Position numbers and translations under genes: made by a program | DNA from: Amphiscolops sp. MND2022 | Lineage: Eukaryota | DNA: 64,000 nucleotides | NCBI GenBank assembly: GCA_964187785.1 | Contig: OZ076409.1 | Span: 52,702,001-52,766,000, forward strand | Direction of reading: 5' to 3' | Notes under the pieces: generated by a model | What the model saw: the letters and a program-made list of their open reading frames with translations, nothing else | What the model was told of the DNA's origin: nothing | Database searches by the model: none | Part shown: positions 47,288 through 60,300 of the stretch, piece by piece | Layout of the letters: each line of letters starts with the position of its first letter | Position numbering within the stretch: position 1 is the first letter of the stretch

Positions 47288-48819
47288 TCCCAAAATAGCT
47301 TTGGCTCAAGTGATGAAGGCGAAAAGGGAGGAAAGTATCCCGGTGCTTAGGATAAATATATTTATCCTCTTGGTCAGAATCGAAGCTCTTAGTCATTTGC
47401 TGTAGGGACATTCAAGAAACTCTAGAATAACTGTGTTACATCGAATGTGTTATTCGGTTCACATTGCTTCTGAGGAAAACACGCTCACCAATTTTTTTTG
47501 CTGGATAGATTATCCGCCCTGCGAAAGCCGCCAACAATTTCTTTTATTCGTTGGAAAATGCTAAATACCCTCTGCGAATTTTTAAAGCACACTCTTTATT
47601 GAAAAGAATCCGTGTTTTGATTCCAATACACTATTCAAGCAGGTCATACAGGGATATATATGGGTATGTATATTTCCACTTGGGCAATACAATGACCAAA
47701 AATATGATTCCTTGAAAATCATACTATGACCTTACAAATTTATGAAAAACAAGATTTCCCCAGACTATGACCGTCTGGGATATTTGTGACAAAGTATCGT
47801 CCTTTTAAGGAACAATTGCTTCTATACATGGCATAATGTATGATGGCAAAGACCATAAGGAAGTCAATTAGTGTAGACAATAATGTACTTATTGAAAATT
47901 TCTCAACCAAGGTGCCAATTTTTATCAACAAATTGAAAACAGTATCGAAGTCAAATGTACACTAGGGCATCGAAATGCTACCAAAACGGGAACGTATGAA
48001 GTCGGCGCTACACTTAAGGCCCAAAAAGCGCAAAGTTGGTAAAGAATGCTCATGGCTTTTTATGAAAAACCCACAAAAAAGTATCGAAACATCCAAAGGT
48101 ACCGGAACTTCTGAAGTCGGCGTTATAACTAAGGCTTAAAAAGCGCAAAATTTTCGAAATATGTACAGAACTTTTTTCATGCTCGATAAGACTCCGAAAT
48201 CACTTTTCCTCAACTGAAAACAAACAAAAACATTTTTTAGAAAGAAATTCGGATTTTTTTCGGGATAGTGCCGAAAAATGTAAGAGAGGGGAACCTTTTT
48301 CAATATTCCAATTTGTTGCAAATTACTGAAACAATTGAAAGGAGAACTTTTGGAGACATCAAAAAATGCTCAGAAGGGGGCCCTTTAGCTTTGTCCGGTT
48401 TTGTATGTAACGTTCAAAATGGAATCAATGAAAGTGGATTTGCACTACTTACATGCGTTTCCACTGGCCGGACTTGGCAGGTCCAGTAGTTTAGTAGTTT
48501 CTGTAAAACGTGTCCTCTATGCATACATTCTGTTATCGGACGAACTTCCTACTAGAATGCGTTGACTTAAAAAATAACTATTTTCATAACGAAAATTCTT
48601 CAAATCGCAATACTTCTCACGTAATCAAATTGCACAGAAGTCCTAGAATCAAACCTTCAGTTAGAATACTGAACTCATTTTTGACTTCGGTCGTTTTCTG
48701 GAACTCATCCTGTAATTTCTCCAAAATTGATGTTGATAACAAAACAATGCCGGGACTAACTTTTTGCCTTTGATTCTGATTTTTGATTGAGTCAAGAAGA
48801 ACGAAATTAGTTCAGCAGA

Positions 48820-51632
48820 AACAACAAGTAGAAATTCGTCAAGTGAGGTATCCGGAGACAAGAAGGGAAGAACAACAACACATAAGAAGATAAATTTGCC
48901 AACATCCAAGAGGCAAAATTATGGTGGAGACGATTTATACAATATGTCAAGGTGACACAGAAAATCGATCTCAACACGATGACAATGGACAAGGAAATTA
49001 CAGAAGAATACAGAGGAGAACTGGAGATAAAAATAAAAGACATTTTTATCTGGGCTCTAGGAGAAGAAGCAAAAACCGAAATGACGAAAACCGTGAGAGA
49101 CAATGACCCGAACAAAATGAATATCAACCAGCTATATTCACTATTCTGCCTTCATTTTAAACAAGAAAGAAACAAGTTTCACAATCGGGCAGTTTTTTTC
49201 GGAATACTGCAAGAACCAAACGAAACGTCCGAAGATGTCTGGACTAGAATAATGCAGACAGGAAAAATTGTGAATTTAGCCTTGTTACACCAGCCGTGTT
49301 TATTGCATCGAAGTTCTTATCACCGATCGGAAGATCAACGGGAGAAGATGAACTTAAGTAAAACATACGGAAGAGCAACATGATCATCGAAACAATCACC
49401 GGTCTAATACACGAAAATATATATGACCGGTTGAACAACTCAAACAACTCTAACGATGGAAGAGACGTCAAACACGTACAAGAAAAGCCACGAAAAAAAT
49501 GGTCAGATAAGTCCGGATACGAAAGAAATAAATAACGACCAGAGTATAACAGACAAATGTACAAAGACAACCGTTGTGGACAATGTGGAGCACCATACAA
49601 GTCAAGACAACACGGGTATCCAGTTGGAACAGCAGAGTGCCAGAACTGCAGAAAGAAAGGGCACTACGAAAAAATGTGCAGACTTCCTAAAAAGATTCAA
49701 TACGTTGACAAAGCATCATCATCGGCCGATGAAGATAACTGGGACTACAACAAAATACAAAGCATAAACAACAACAATAACAACAACAACAAGAACAACA
49801 ACAACAACAACAAGAAGAAGAAGAAGAAGAAGAAAAGGGACTACTTTCACGCAACACTATTGGTAAATGATTTACCTATAAAATTCATAATACAAAGCGG
49901 ATCACCAGTTGCCTTAATATACCAACGCCTTTCCAATGATATCTCAGACGTGACAATACTAAATACCAGTTACAAAGATGAAAACAACAACAAAATTGAA
50001 TTTCTGGGAAAACCTAGAGCAACGGTGAAAACAAAAAACAACACTTCAACTACCTCTGCTAATTACCAAAGCAAATATAGCACCGTTATTGGTCGGATTG
50101 GAAAAAGCGGCTTGGAATTGCACTTAACGCAACAACCGACAGTAATAAAAAACATAATATTAAAATGGATGGTACCGAAACGATACTCCTGAAACTGGAG
50201 AATGAATTCAAAAATTTATTTAAAACAACACCGAAATAAAAAAATCTGTCCGTGATATAAAATTTGAAAGAAGACGCAAACATAATACAACATAAAGGCA
50301 GACCAATACCCATACACCAACAATACCAAGTAGCAGACAAAATCAGACCACTAATAAAAATGGCTATTTGGAAAGAGCAACTGATATAACTGAGGACTGT
50401 TTCGTGAGCCCTGCAGTCGTTACGGTGAAGAAAGATGAATCGTTTAAAATCGCCCAAAATTCAAGAGAACTAAACGAAGCAACAATAAAACGAAAACCTC
50501 CGATGCCAAATATAGAACAGACATAAATAGAATAATCCATTGAAAACTAGCAAGTAAACCGTTACAAGAATCATTTCAGAACCCTCTCTCACGCCAGGGA
50601 GAGAACAAGAGGGGAATGGATGGGAAATTCATTCAAATGTCCCTACCCTCACTGGATACAGAAGAAAACAAAGAAGAATAGTCCAAGTCAGAGACAGAAG
50701 AAAGACGAGAAAGCACTCCAACTAGAGACACATCAATGGAACAAATGGACGCGAGTTTTGACTTTACGCCACCAACACCAATAGTGACGGAGCAGACCAA
50801 AGCTTGTCCGCACCAGCTCACCAAAATCACAAGATACAAACAACGTAAAGCTGCATACGGACAGAATGACGGAACAACAACTCGAGCAGGCTATAGATAC
50901 CATAGAAACAATCAATGAGGACCCAACAACAGTTACAATTGTCGATAATAACGGAAACGAAAGCCAAATAATATCAAAAATAATCGAAATACCAAACACG
51001 AAGGAAACAAGGAACAAACAGTAATAATGTCAACCAGATTAGAGGATCCTCAATAATAAGATCCATAAACCAATAGTAAACTTTCGAAACCCGTTAACAC
51101 ATTATTTTTTACAACAAACACCGTTGAGAAAATCAACGAGCAAACCTACCGGTCACAGTAGAGCTGAGCAACGAACGGCATAAGAGAGGATGAGCGAGAA
51201 ACAACCCCGATGATCCCATCATCACAGAAGTAACCTCGGATAAAACGCGAAACTATTTTCACCCGAAAGAAACTCAGCTAGCATTTATCAATCCAATATT
51301 GCAGGGGCAATTTATTTATATAACAACCATGTAAACTCGTATTGTTTATTTGCTTACTTATCTTTACAGCGAACTGTATTAACCTTTATCTTACTTACAT
51401 TGAAGTGTATAATTGGCCCAAAAGGGGGGAATGTGGAATGTGGCGTAAATCAGTTCAAGGTCAAGAAGTCATGTAAACTTAGATAACCATATGACCATTT
51501 TATGTTATGCAATGTATCTGCCACAATTTTGGCACTATTGTAGTATCCTATATGCGGACACATTCGAACGCATTCAGCTACAATACAGTATTACATTCCC
51601 TGAATCTTTTACCTTACTTATGATATTCAACA
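48820..51632 (+). mobile_element. Decayed Gypsy element E related to D (gag, protease, RT start, large deletion, PPT, 3' LTR)
   Basis: IKDIFIWALG...EMTKTVR and FIIQSGSPV align with D gag-PR; PPT AAAGGGGGGAA at 51421-51431; putative LTR 51432-51632 TG...CAACA; no 5' LTR seen. Confidence 0.8.
49765..49835. repeat. (AAC)n(AAG)n microsatellite inside element E
   Basis: Direct reading; encodes poly-N/poly-K. Confidence 0.9.
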
Positions 51633-54600
51633 AAGATGAAAGTAAAAAAACTGTGGTGTGATAAATGTTGCAGGTAGAAGTTGAAGAACTACGTTAAGGC
51701 TAGAAAAAACATCGAGGGGTGTTTTTCTTCTGACCAGAAGTGTTTCAAAAACTGCGTGATCAAACCCAAATTTTCCGATGGTCCTTGAAATACAGTAAGA
51801 TATATCTTATCGAATTTTGATTCGAATTGGAAGCAAAAACACCGTTAAAACCCTAATCAAAACTTCACCTGTTATTATTTTTGAAAAACGATTATGATAA
51901 ACGAATTGCGCTTAGGAAAATTTCGTAGTTCAAATGGAGTGACTTTAGCTTGTCGGTATCCTAGTGTAGCCTCTTATGTCACACTATGAAAAAGGCCTGA
52001 CTTTGAGAAAACAGTTAATGCTCAGTAATAAACTCAATGCTCAATATATACTTTCAAAGAGCTACAAGGTATCAGTTTTTGATACCTGAGAAGAAACTGG
52101 TGTGATTGTCAGTTCCACCTTTTGTAATGGCAAGCCGCAACGTGGCTTGAAAAGGTCACATGAGTGGGAGGAATAAAAGGGTATGGGGCTTTGAGCCTAA
52201 ATAGCCTAAAATCAAAAGAGTTAATATTATCTTGATGATATCTAACAATGATCATTTTTGAAAAACATGAAAACATAAAATGACCATTAAAAACTTTTCC
52301 ATCTATGGCAACTACGTCAGTTTTTTCAACTTTATTTTTGGATTTGGCCTGTAATTAAGATGAAAATGTTGAATAGTCAAACAACGGTCCTTATCTTTTT
52401 TGGGTACGCTCAAGTTTTTAAAAAGTTGATCATTCAAGCGATATCTCTGTGGTCTGGAGAGAAATCTAGTCACTGTAATAGTTGGGCACAATTCCAAAAG
52501 TATCACGACTAAAAATAAAAAACATGTTTTAGGGTTAGGATAATGTGAAGTAATAGCTTTAGTTGTGAACTCAGTATTCACTGTGAATCTGTTTCAGGTC
52601 AATGAAGACAGGAAGCAATACTATATTTTAATATAGACCATATGGCAACTGAGCCAGTCTTCATTTTCAAACTCAACAGTTCTACAGGTACATTGTTGGT
52701 AAATATGTAAATAACTAAATGTACAATTGGCATCAATATTTATGTCACTCATATGTTAGATTAATTAATTGTTTTAATGTTCTTTCTTTTTTATTGTGCC
52801 CTATCACAAAACAATTGAATCAATTTGTTTGCAAATAATGCGAATTGATAGGTTTCTTTTTAGTAGGCGTTTATGAATCAAAATGCGACTTTATAGTGGC
52901 TTTTTGTGGTGATTTCTTTCCAATCCAGGCGAAAATTCCAAACATCCTGTAAACGGTACTTCCTTCCATCCATCATGTTTTGGTTCACATGTGCCAGTTT
53001 GCGGGCTTAAAATAGCTGATAATTCCATGCGTTTGAATATCCGAGTTGTCATTTGAACAAAACTATGATGGTGATCTGATCGCCGGATGCATAGTTTAGC
53101 GAAAAAAAGTGAGTTAGAGCAGACGTCTTATTACAAGCTAGTGATATGGTCCGTTAAAAAACAACTAATGCATGCAATTTGGAATGGATTGAAAGCAATC
53201 GGTTCACAGTCACTTCCATTCATGTAGAACGAAATTAGGATACATTCTGATCGATATTCTTCTGTGAGCATGTGAAATTGGGGCACTTAGTGTTATTCGC
53301 AGCAAGTTTACATTATCATTAGAACAAGCTTGGTGGAATAAGTCGCTTGTGATCCAATCGAAGAATTCTCAGACAACCAAGACAACCGGCCGACGAAAGC
53401 AAGCATACATGCAATTATCTGACGGCTATTATCAAATCCAAAGAAAGTAACATGCCAGCAGGTTTATGCCTCTGGGTTGCATCAAGTTCTTTATTATCAC
53501 CACGTAAGAGTATTTTCCAGAGAATCTCGATTTTGTATCTCCTGACAAAATTAATGCAAGACTTGAAAGACATGTAGACCTACTCTGCGAAAAGACAATT
53601 TTGCAATTTCTTAATAAAAAGATTAACTCAAAAATTCATTGCTTTGATTTTGAAAACAGTAAACTGTTGAAGTTACCCAGGAGAAAAAGCAATGGAGGCC
53701 TTCCCGGGAACATGATTCACGAAAAAACAGAAATAGCAGAGATATCTTTGTTTGTGCCTCTGAAGCTTGATTATTCCACTTTTTCCTTTACATCGCAAAA
53801 AGTTCGATAAAATGCTCAAGATTCCTAATCAACTTCGACATTTCTTTTGTTCAGCACTTGAAAAAGCTGACATGCCAATTAAAACATATTATACTCTCTC
53901 TAGTATGCTGATTCTCCTGCAAATTGAATCAGACAAAATTGAAGCAAGTCTTTTTGAAAATTTCATGTTGTCTAAGTAATGTTCTAACGTCGCTGTTGAC
54001 AAGTTTTCCTTTTTAAGTGAACAAATTCTTTTTCAACTTTTTAACACTGTAGTCTGTCAAATGACATCTGTAATGTAACGGCAAGCAGTTATCGGTCGCT
54101 TAACGCGTGAACAGAGGTGGAGGAACCTGCAGGAATGGGTGAATCGCTCGGGACAGGCGCCCATCGCCACAGATCCATTTTGCCTCCAGGGGTGAAATAC
54201 GTCCCGGGGCCGCGGGTGCTTCGACGAATACTGTCCAACCGGTCCTAGTCTTTGATTGCTAATAATAACGGGCATCTTTCTGACTCTCTAAAGACCACCG
54301 CTTAACTAGCATATAAAAACAATGCCAAGAATAAGGTAAATTTCCAGTTCCAGGGTGACATGTGAATAAGATCTAAAATTGGGGAATAAGATCTAAACTA
54401 GCGCTAGCGCTTCTGAATACAGCCAAAATCACTGAAAGTACATAAAAACAGGCACGAATATGGCAAACCACGCAGCTACAAGCTGGGGCGCAGGGGCTCC
54501 AAGCACCAAACAAGGATCTTTAGGCGAAAAGACTCATTTTTACGGTTTCCGCTACATAGGGTAGCATAATGCTGAAAATCGATAAAACCGGTGTTAGCAC

Positions 54601-55507
54601 CTCAAAAAGAGTCTATTTTCGGATGTTCTTGCCGTCTCTGGCTTCTGTCATGGCGGCGCGCCCGTGTTTTTGCTCGTTCTTGCTCTTTGTTGTCGAATTA
54701 CCTGCCAATTTCGTGGAAACAGCGAAAAGAGCAATCACATGCTCAGTGCCACGTCACACATCGGATTAGAATTTTTGACAAAACTTCTGAACATGTCAAA
54801 GTTGCAAAATCGGTTGATATTGCTGTACCAGAGCTTGCCGTTACATCACTTAAGCTGTATGAATTCAAGCGTACATACAGCGCGCAGTTGCAATGCGAGT
54901 ATTTTTTGTTCCTTTAGTTGAAAGTACATAAAAAACACTGAATTCCCTCCAAATAATAGATATAGAAACAATATACTCTATTTAAAGGGCAGTGTAGATA
55001 AAAATATATATTGTGCGAGTTTCCAATGAAACCGTCCCAATACTGATCGAGCGAAAAGAAACTATTGGTATCAGCGAAATCCCAGCAATGCGTATTTTCA
55101 CAATCCGATGGCAACTTACCATTATATGGGTGATGCCTCCTAACTGAACAAAAAATGGGGACGATATCCTTCTCGAATCAATGCACGGGTTGATCTCATT
55201 ATGAAAAATTCTTTTTTCCGACTGATTTTCTTTCTTTATGGTGTTGTAAGCTTTTTTAGTTGCAAATACATGTCGAATCAAATGGAGAAGTTTTTTAAAA
55301 CCAGACGCAAAGTACAAATCTAGATGAAGAAAGACAAATATAGAACGAATTCAGATGTTTTCAGTGCAAATCAGCTACATGAAAATGAAAAATTGGATAA
55401 GAATCGAACTCTTTGATCAAGTTGAAAAAAACTGACGTTTACAAGTATTCACGACTTTAGCCAAACAATAAGACCACCAAATTACCATATTTTTTCTATT
55501 ATAAGGC

Positions 55508-55652
55508 TGTAGAGGACAGACAAACTCTAACACAAACTAATTAGTCTGCCTTATCGTTATATTGATGCTATTTATAGTTTTGTACCTGCCTGCCACTTAA
55601 GAGCAGATGAAGTCTATCACTTGATGATAATGAAAAAAGAGATAGCTAGAGA
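55508..55652 (+). repeat. Truncated 5' LTR of element D
   Basis: Matches 61212-61356, then runs directly into gag; U5 end and PBS missing. Confidence 0.9.
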
Positions 55653-56931
55653 GACGGCGGGAAATCAATCGAGTGACCAACCGCTACCAAATGACACACT
55701 CAATAGAACCAATGAACGGACGTGTACACAGAAATTAACCATCCCAACATTGGAAAAACAAGATCACACCAATGCCAACATGTGGTGGCGAAAGTTCGTA
55801 CAGTATATAAAAATGACCAAGGACTTGGATTTATCAAAGATGACAAACAACAAAGAGATACTGCCACAATACCGTGACCATTTGGAAACGGAAATAAAGG
55901 ACATATTCCTATGGGCAATTGGACAAAACGCAATCACGGAAATGACCAAGACGGTTAGAGAAAGAGAACCAAGCTCACTCCCGTTACACAAGTTATATAC
56001 GTTATTCCGGTTACACTTCACACCGGAAAGAAATGTTCAACACAGCAGAGCCGACTTCTTCGACCTCAAACGGGAAGACGGAGAGTCCGCGGCGGATGTA
56101 TGGAAACGAATACTAGAAGTCGAGAAAAATTGCGAATTTGAAACAATAACCGCGGCAGAACTTCTAGCATCAAAACTCCTATCCGTCATCGGAAAATCAA
56201 CAGGTGACTATGACCTCAAAAAGGAAATTAGAAAAAGTGACATGTCAATAGAGGCAATCACCGAGGCATTACATGAATACATGTACGAGAAATTGAACGA
56301 CTCACCTGAAACAGAGGAAGAGAAGAAAATCAGATACCTAAATAAAAGAAAAACAAGGAATACAAAAGACTTGTCGGAAAAACCGACAAAATTCAAAAAA
56401 GTAGACTGCAACAGATGCGGAGCACCCAATTGGTCCAGACAACATGAATGCCCGGCCAAAGGAAAGAAGTGCATGAAATGTGAAAAAATCGGACACTACG
56501 CAAAATATTGTAGAACAAACAAAAGAGTAAACCACGTACAGTACGATGAGGCAAGCAGCGCGGAAGAAGACGACTGGTCTCCAAACACAATCCATTCAGT
56601 AAATCAAATGGTACATTCAACACGCCAAACAAAGAAGAACGGTCCAGAATTCTTCACCCTCACCGCATTGGTTAACAATCGGCCAATCAAATTCATAATA
56701 GATAGTGGCTCACCGGTAACCCTAATACCGAAGTCACAGTTCAACAGCACAACACCATTGAGACCGATTGGAACCGAATACAGAGATGTGAATGACAACC
56801 GAATAAAATTCGAGGGAAAAACAATTGCACTAGTCGAAATAAACGGGAAACGGAACAACTTAGAAGTCCTAATAACAACAAAGAAAACTAACCCCTTATT
56901 AGGCTTGGATTGGAGGAGAAACTGGGAATAA
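55621..56931 (+). CDS. gag: Element D gag-protease
   Basis: CNRCG...HECPAKGKKCMKCEKIGHYAKYC double knuckle; FIIDSGS protease; LLGLDW. Confidence 0.9.
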   Translation: MMIMKKEIARETAGNQSSDQPLPNDTLNRTNERTCTQKLTIPTLEKQDHTNANMWWRKFVQYIKMTKDLDLSKMTNNKEILPQYRDHLETEIKDIFLWAIGQNAITEMTKTVREREPSSLPLHKLYTLFRLHFTPERNVQHSRADFFDLKREDGESAADVWKRILEVEKNCEFETITAAELLASKLLSVIGKSTGDYDLKKEIRKSDMSIEAITEALHEYMYEKLNDSPETEEEKKIRYLNKRKTRNTKDLSEKPTKFKKVDCNRCGAPNWSRQHECPAKGKKCMKCEKIGHYAKYCRTNKRVNHVQYDEASSAEEDDWSPNTIHSVNQMVHSTRQTKKNGPEFFTLTALVNNRPIKFIIDSGSPVTLIPKSQFNSTTPLRPIGTEYRDVNDNRIKFEGKTIALVEINGKRNNLEVLITTKKTNPLLGLDWRRNWE

Positions 56932-57326
56932 CACTCGATACCAATAAAATTGATCCTCAGGTAAACCATGTAATCGAGGACTCGGACATAACCGTCCTGA
57001 AGAAAAGATTTAAAAAACTCTTCAACGAAAACCACACCGTGAATGGAATTGAGGTAAAAATACAACTGGAAGAAGACGCAAGACTGATACAGCAAAAAGG
57101 GAGACCAATACCGATCCACTTACAACAATCGGTCGGGAAAGAAATAAATAAACTCATAAAACAAGGCCACGTCGAAAAAGCGAACAACATAGACGAAAAT
57201 TGCTATGTCAGCCCGGCCGTAATCACGGTAAAGAAAGATAAGTCGGTAAAATTGCACTGGACTCACGGAAACTCAACGAAATTACCATCAAAAGAAAGGC
57301 ACAAATGCCCAACATGGAGGAATTAA
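56910..57326 (+). pseudogene. pol: Element D pol linker and RT N-terminus (frameshifted piece)
   Basis: QQKGRPIPIHLQ...VSPAVITVKKDKSVK. Confidence 0.85.
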
Positions 57327-60300
57327 TTTCCAGAATTTCAAGAAAATATGCAGATGGCCCAGCAGACGAAATCTGGACATCAAAACTCGATCTGGATTAT
57401 GCATATGGCCAGCTAATCCTATCCAAAGAAGCCCAAAACCTATGCATTTTCGCCGTAACCGGCGGGGACTTTACCGGAAACTACCGGTTCCTAAAGGGAT
57501 TCTACGGGTTGGCGGACATACCGACCATCTTTCAAGAGAAAATCGACCAAACACTGGAAAACAAACACCCAGCATGGCTAGACGACATCATCATCGTAAC
57601 AAAAGGATCAAAAGAACAACATAAAAAAGAACTAATAGAAGTTCTAACCCGGCTGGAAAATGCCGGTTACAGACTCAGCGGAAACAAATCCGAATTTTTC
57701 AAATCCGAGATAGATTGGATCGGTCATAAAATAGACCAAAACGGTATTAGACCGTTACAAGACAAACTGATGGCGATAAAAAATCTGAAACAACCCAATA
57801 ACGAAAAAGAATTAAAACCATTTCTGGGAGCCATCCAATATCTATCCAAGTACATAGACAATCTCTCCGCCCAAACAGACAGTTTGAGACAGTTATTGAA
57901 GAAAGACAACGAATGGATATGGACGGAAGAACATACGGCGGCATTCGAAAATCTCAAGGAAAAAATCACGGAAATACCGTGTCTGGCTCATTACAATTCG
58001 GATTATCCAAACATAATAACAACCGACGCCAGTACAAAAGGCCTCGGCGCAACACTCTGGCAAGAACAACCAGACGGACGTTTAAAACCAATAGGTTTCG
58101 CAAGTCGATTCCTCTCAGACACCGAAAAGAAATACGCAATCAATGAACTCGAACTATTAGCCGTAGTCTGGGGATTAGAACACTTTCGATTATACGTTTA
58201 CGGTAAGCCGATTAAATTACTCACGGACCACCAAGCACTCGAACCATTGATTAAACGAAACCGATCCAATAAAACGTACAGCGCGCGACTGACAAGGTGG
58301 CTGGACCGGTTGGCACATTTCACCATTAATGTAAGCCATATCGCAGGCAAACATTTAGCACTTACGGATTACTTGAGCAGAAATCCGTCAGCGCCGCCGC
58401 AAACAGACGAAGCGTACGACGAAGAATACGTCATCAATAACGTCATCCCGCACTTCAAATTTATCTCCAAGCACGGTTGCCTTAGCAACCACGTTAACCA
58501 ATCAGAAAGCGAGACGGTCGAAAACAGACGCAAAGCAAATAACAAACCACGGTCACAGGACGCGCGCAAACATATCGCCATTGATTGCCTTAACAGCTCA
58601 GCATTAACACGCAACGCTTTAGAAAGTTTCAAAATGGATATCAAAACAATTGATAATTTGGCAGCAGTAGACTCCTCAGCAGAAACCACTGAAATAATCC
58701 AACGGTGGAAAGAAATAGTAAAACCCGGCATTTATCGTATGACCGGAGGAAAATGGAAAAAGTACCATCAGCCCAAATTCCTACGGAACGAAAGACGGGT
58801 AATAGAAGAGAGACTCCAACAAATCATACAAGGCAGAGAACAGGGCGACTTGAGACAACGAATTGGCCCACAACACCGCGGTGGATTCCAGCCACAAACA
58901 AGAAGATCCGAACAGTGGACCGTAGATCCATTCTGGGAAATGGATAGATCAACGCCGGCCCAATACGAAAATCTACCCGAACCCCCGACAGCCACAACGG
59001 GACATGAACTGTTCGCTCCCATGCCAATGGAAGAGGGCGAAATCGAGTCGGAGACGGACCAAGACCCGTCAATCCTAGAAGTACCCGCAATAAACTGGGC
59101 ACGCTACGTTGGAGTTAAAAGCGTGCAATATGTCAAAATGGGGCACGCTCCAAAAGTCTTGGCACAAGAAACAGACAATTGGGACCTGGAACAGGCGGTG
59201 AGAGAAACCGAAAGGAATTTTTCCACAGACCTACAACTGCTAATGAGCGAGACAACCAACGATCCGGTCCTGCTAAAAACACTGGTTTGCCTCGAACGCC
59301 AGCAACACGACCAAATCCCAGACGAATACCTACCCCACAAAAAGAAATTATCAAGCCAGTTCGGTCTAGTATTCATTGAAGACAAAATAATTGTCCCAAA
59401 GAATCTCCGAACAACGATCATTAGCCTACTACACAAAGGCCATCCCGCCATCAATAAGATGACATCTGCCGCAAGACATTTCTGGTGGCCGAAGATGACC
59501 GAGGCAATTCAAAAGAAATGCGAGTCATGCATCCCCTGCAAAATGTCCGGTAAGAGTATTAAATCTGATATACCAAGTACGGAAAAGAACCACCTCCCCC
59601 GGTTAGAAAATCCAAACGAAGAAGTTCAATTGGATTTTATCGGACCAATCACGGTAGACAACCGTCGATTTCACATTTTACTATCTATGGACCGGTTCAG
59701 TAAGTGGCCAGCGGCAAGCTTCTGCACGTCTACCGATGGCGAAACGGCGATAAAATTTCTTGAACAGTACATTCAATTAAACGGAGTCCCTAAATCGATA
59801 AGGACCGATAAGGCTACCGCCTTTACGGAAAGCTCAATTAGAAACTTCTGTAAAGAACACTATATCAAACTAATATACGGGACACCGTATATCCATACCC
59901 CCACCGGTTTAGTGGAACGGGGGGTCAGAACACTGAAGGAAAATCTGCTTACGAACATTAAAGCCGGGGAACGCTTCAGCAAAGCACTGGACCTATCATT
60001 AGACGTAATGAGAAAAACACCACACTCGCGTTTAAAAAAATCCGCCTTTGAATTACACTATGGACGGAAACCTAACACGGAAATAAGTAACCTACTGAAA
60101 CTTGATAACCTAGAAAAATTAACAAAAAATTCCGTTTCAGCAAAACCAGATACCTTGCAGGTATACTCGTTCAATGGAGCCGGCGGTGTGTCCGACCAGC
60201 TACCAATGAAGACGAAGAAAAACGCAAAAGGAGTTAGTAACTATCCATTCTTCTTTTTAGAAAAAAAACACCAACGTAATAAATTCGAAAGTGCATACTC

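Noticed and set aside
47940..48530. ORFs in AT-rich dispersed repeats (also 43000-43470, 63035-63485; 44000-44110 vs 62580-62690)
   Set aside because: Short ORFs without motifs in sequence that looks like unclassified interspersed repeat; boundaries cannot be defined by eye
52590..52700. Host exon bounded by TTTCAG and GTACAT
   Set aside because: Stops in all three frames and no neighbouring exons
53000..53980. Decayed DNA transposase (DPIEE-like motif)
   Set aside because: Too fragmentary to support without a translated search
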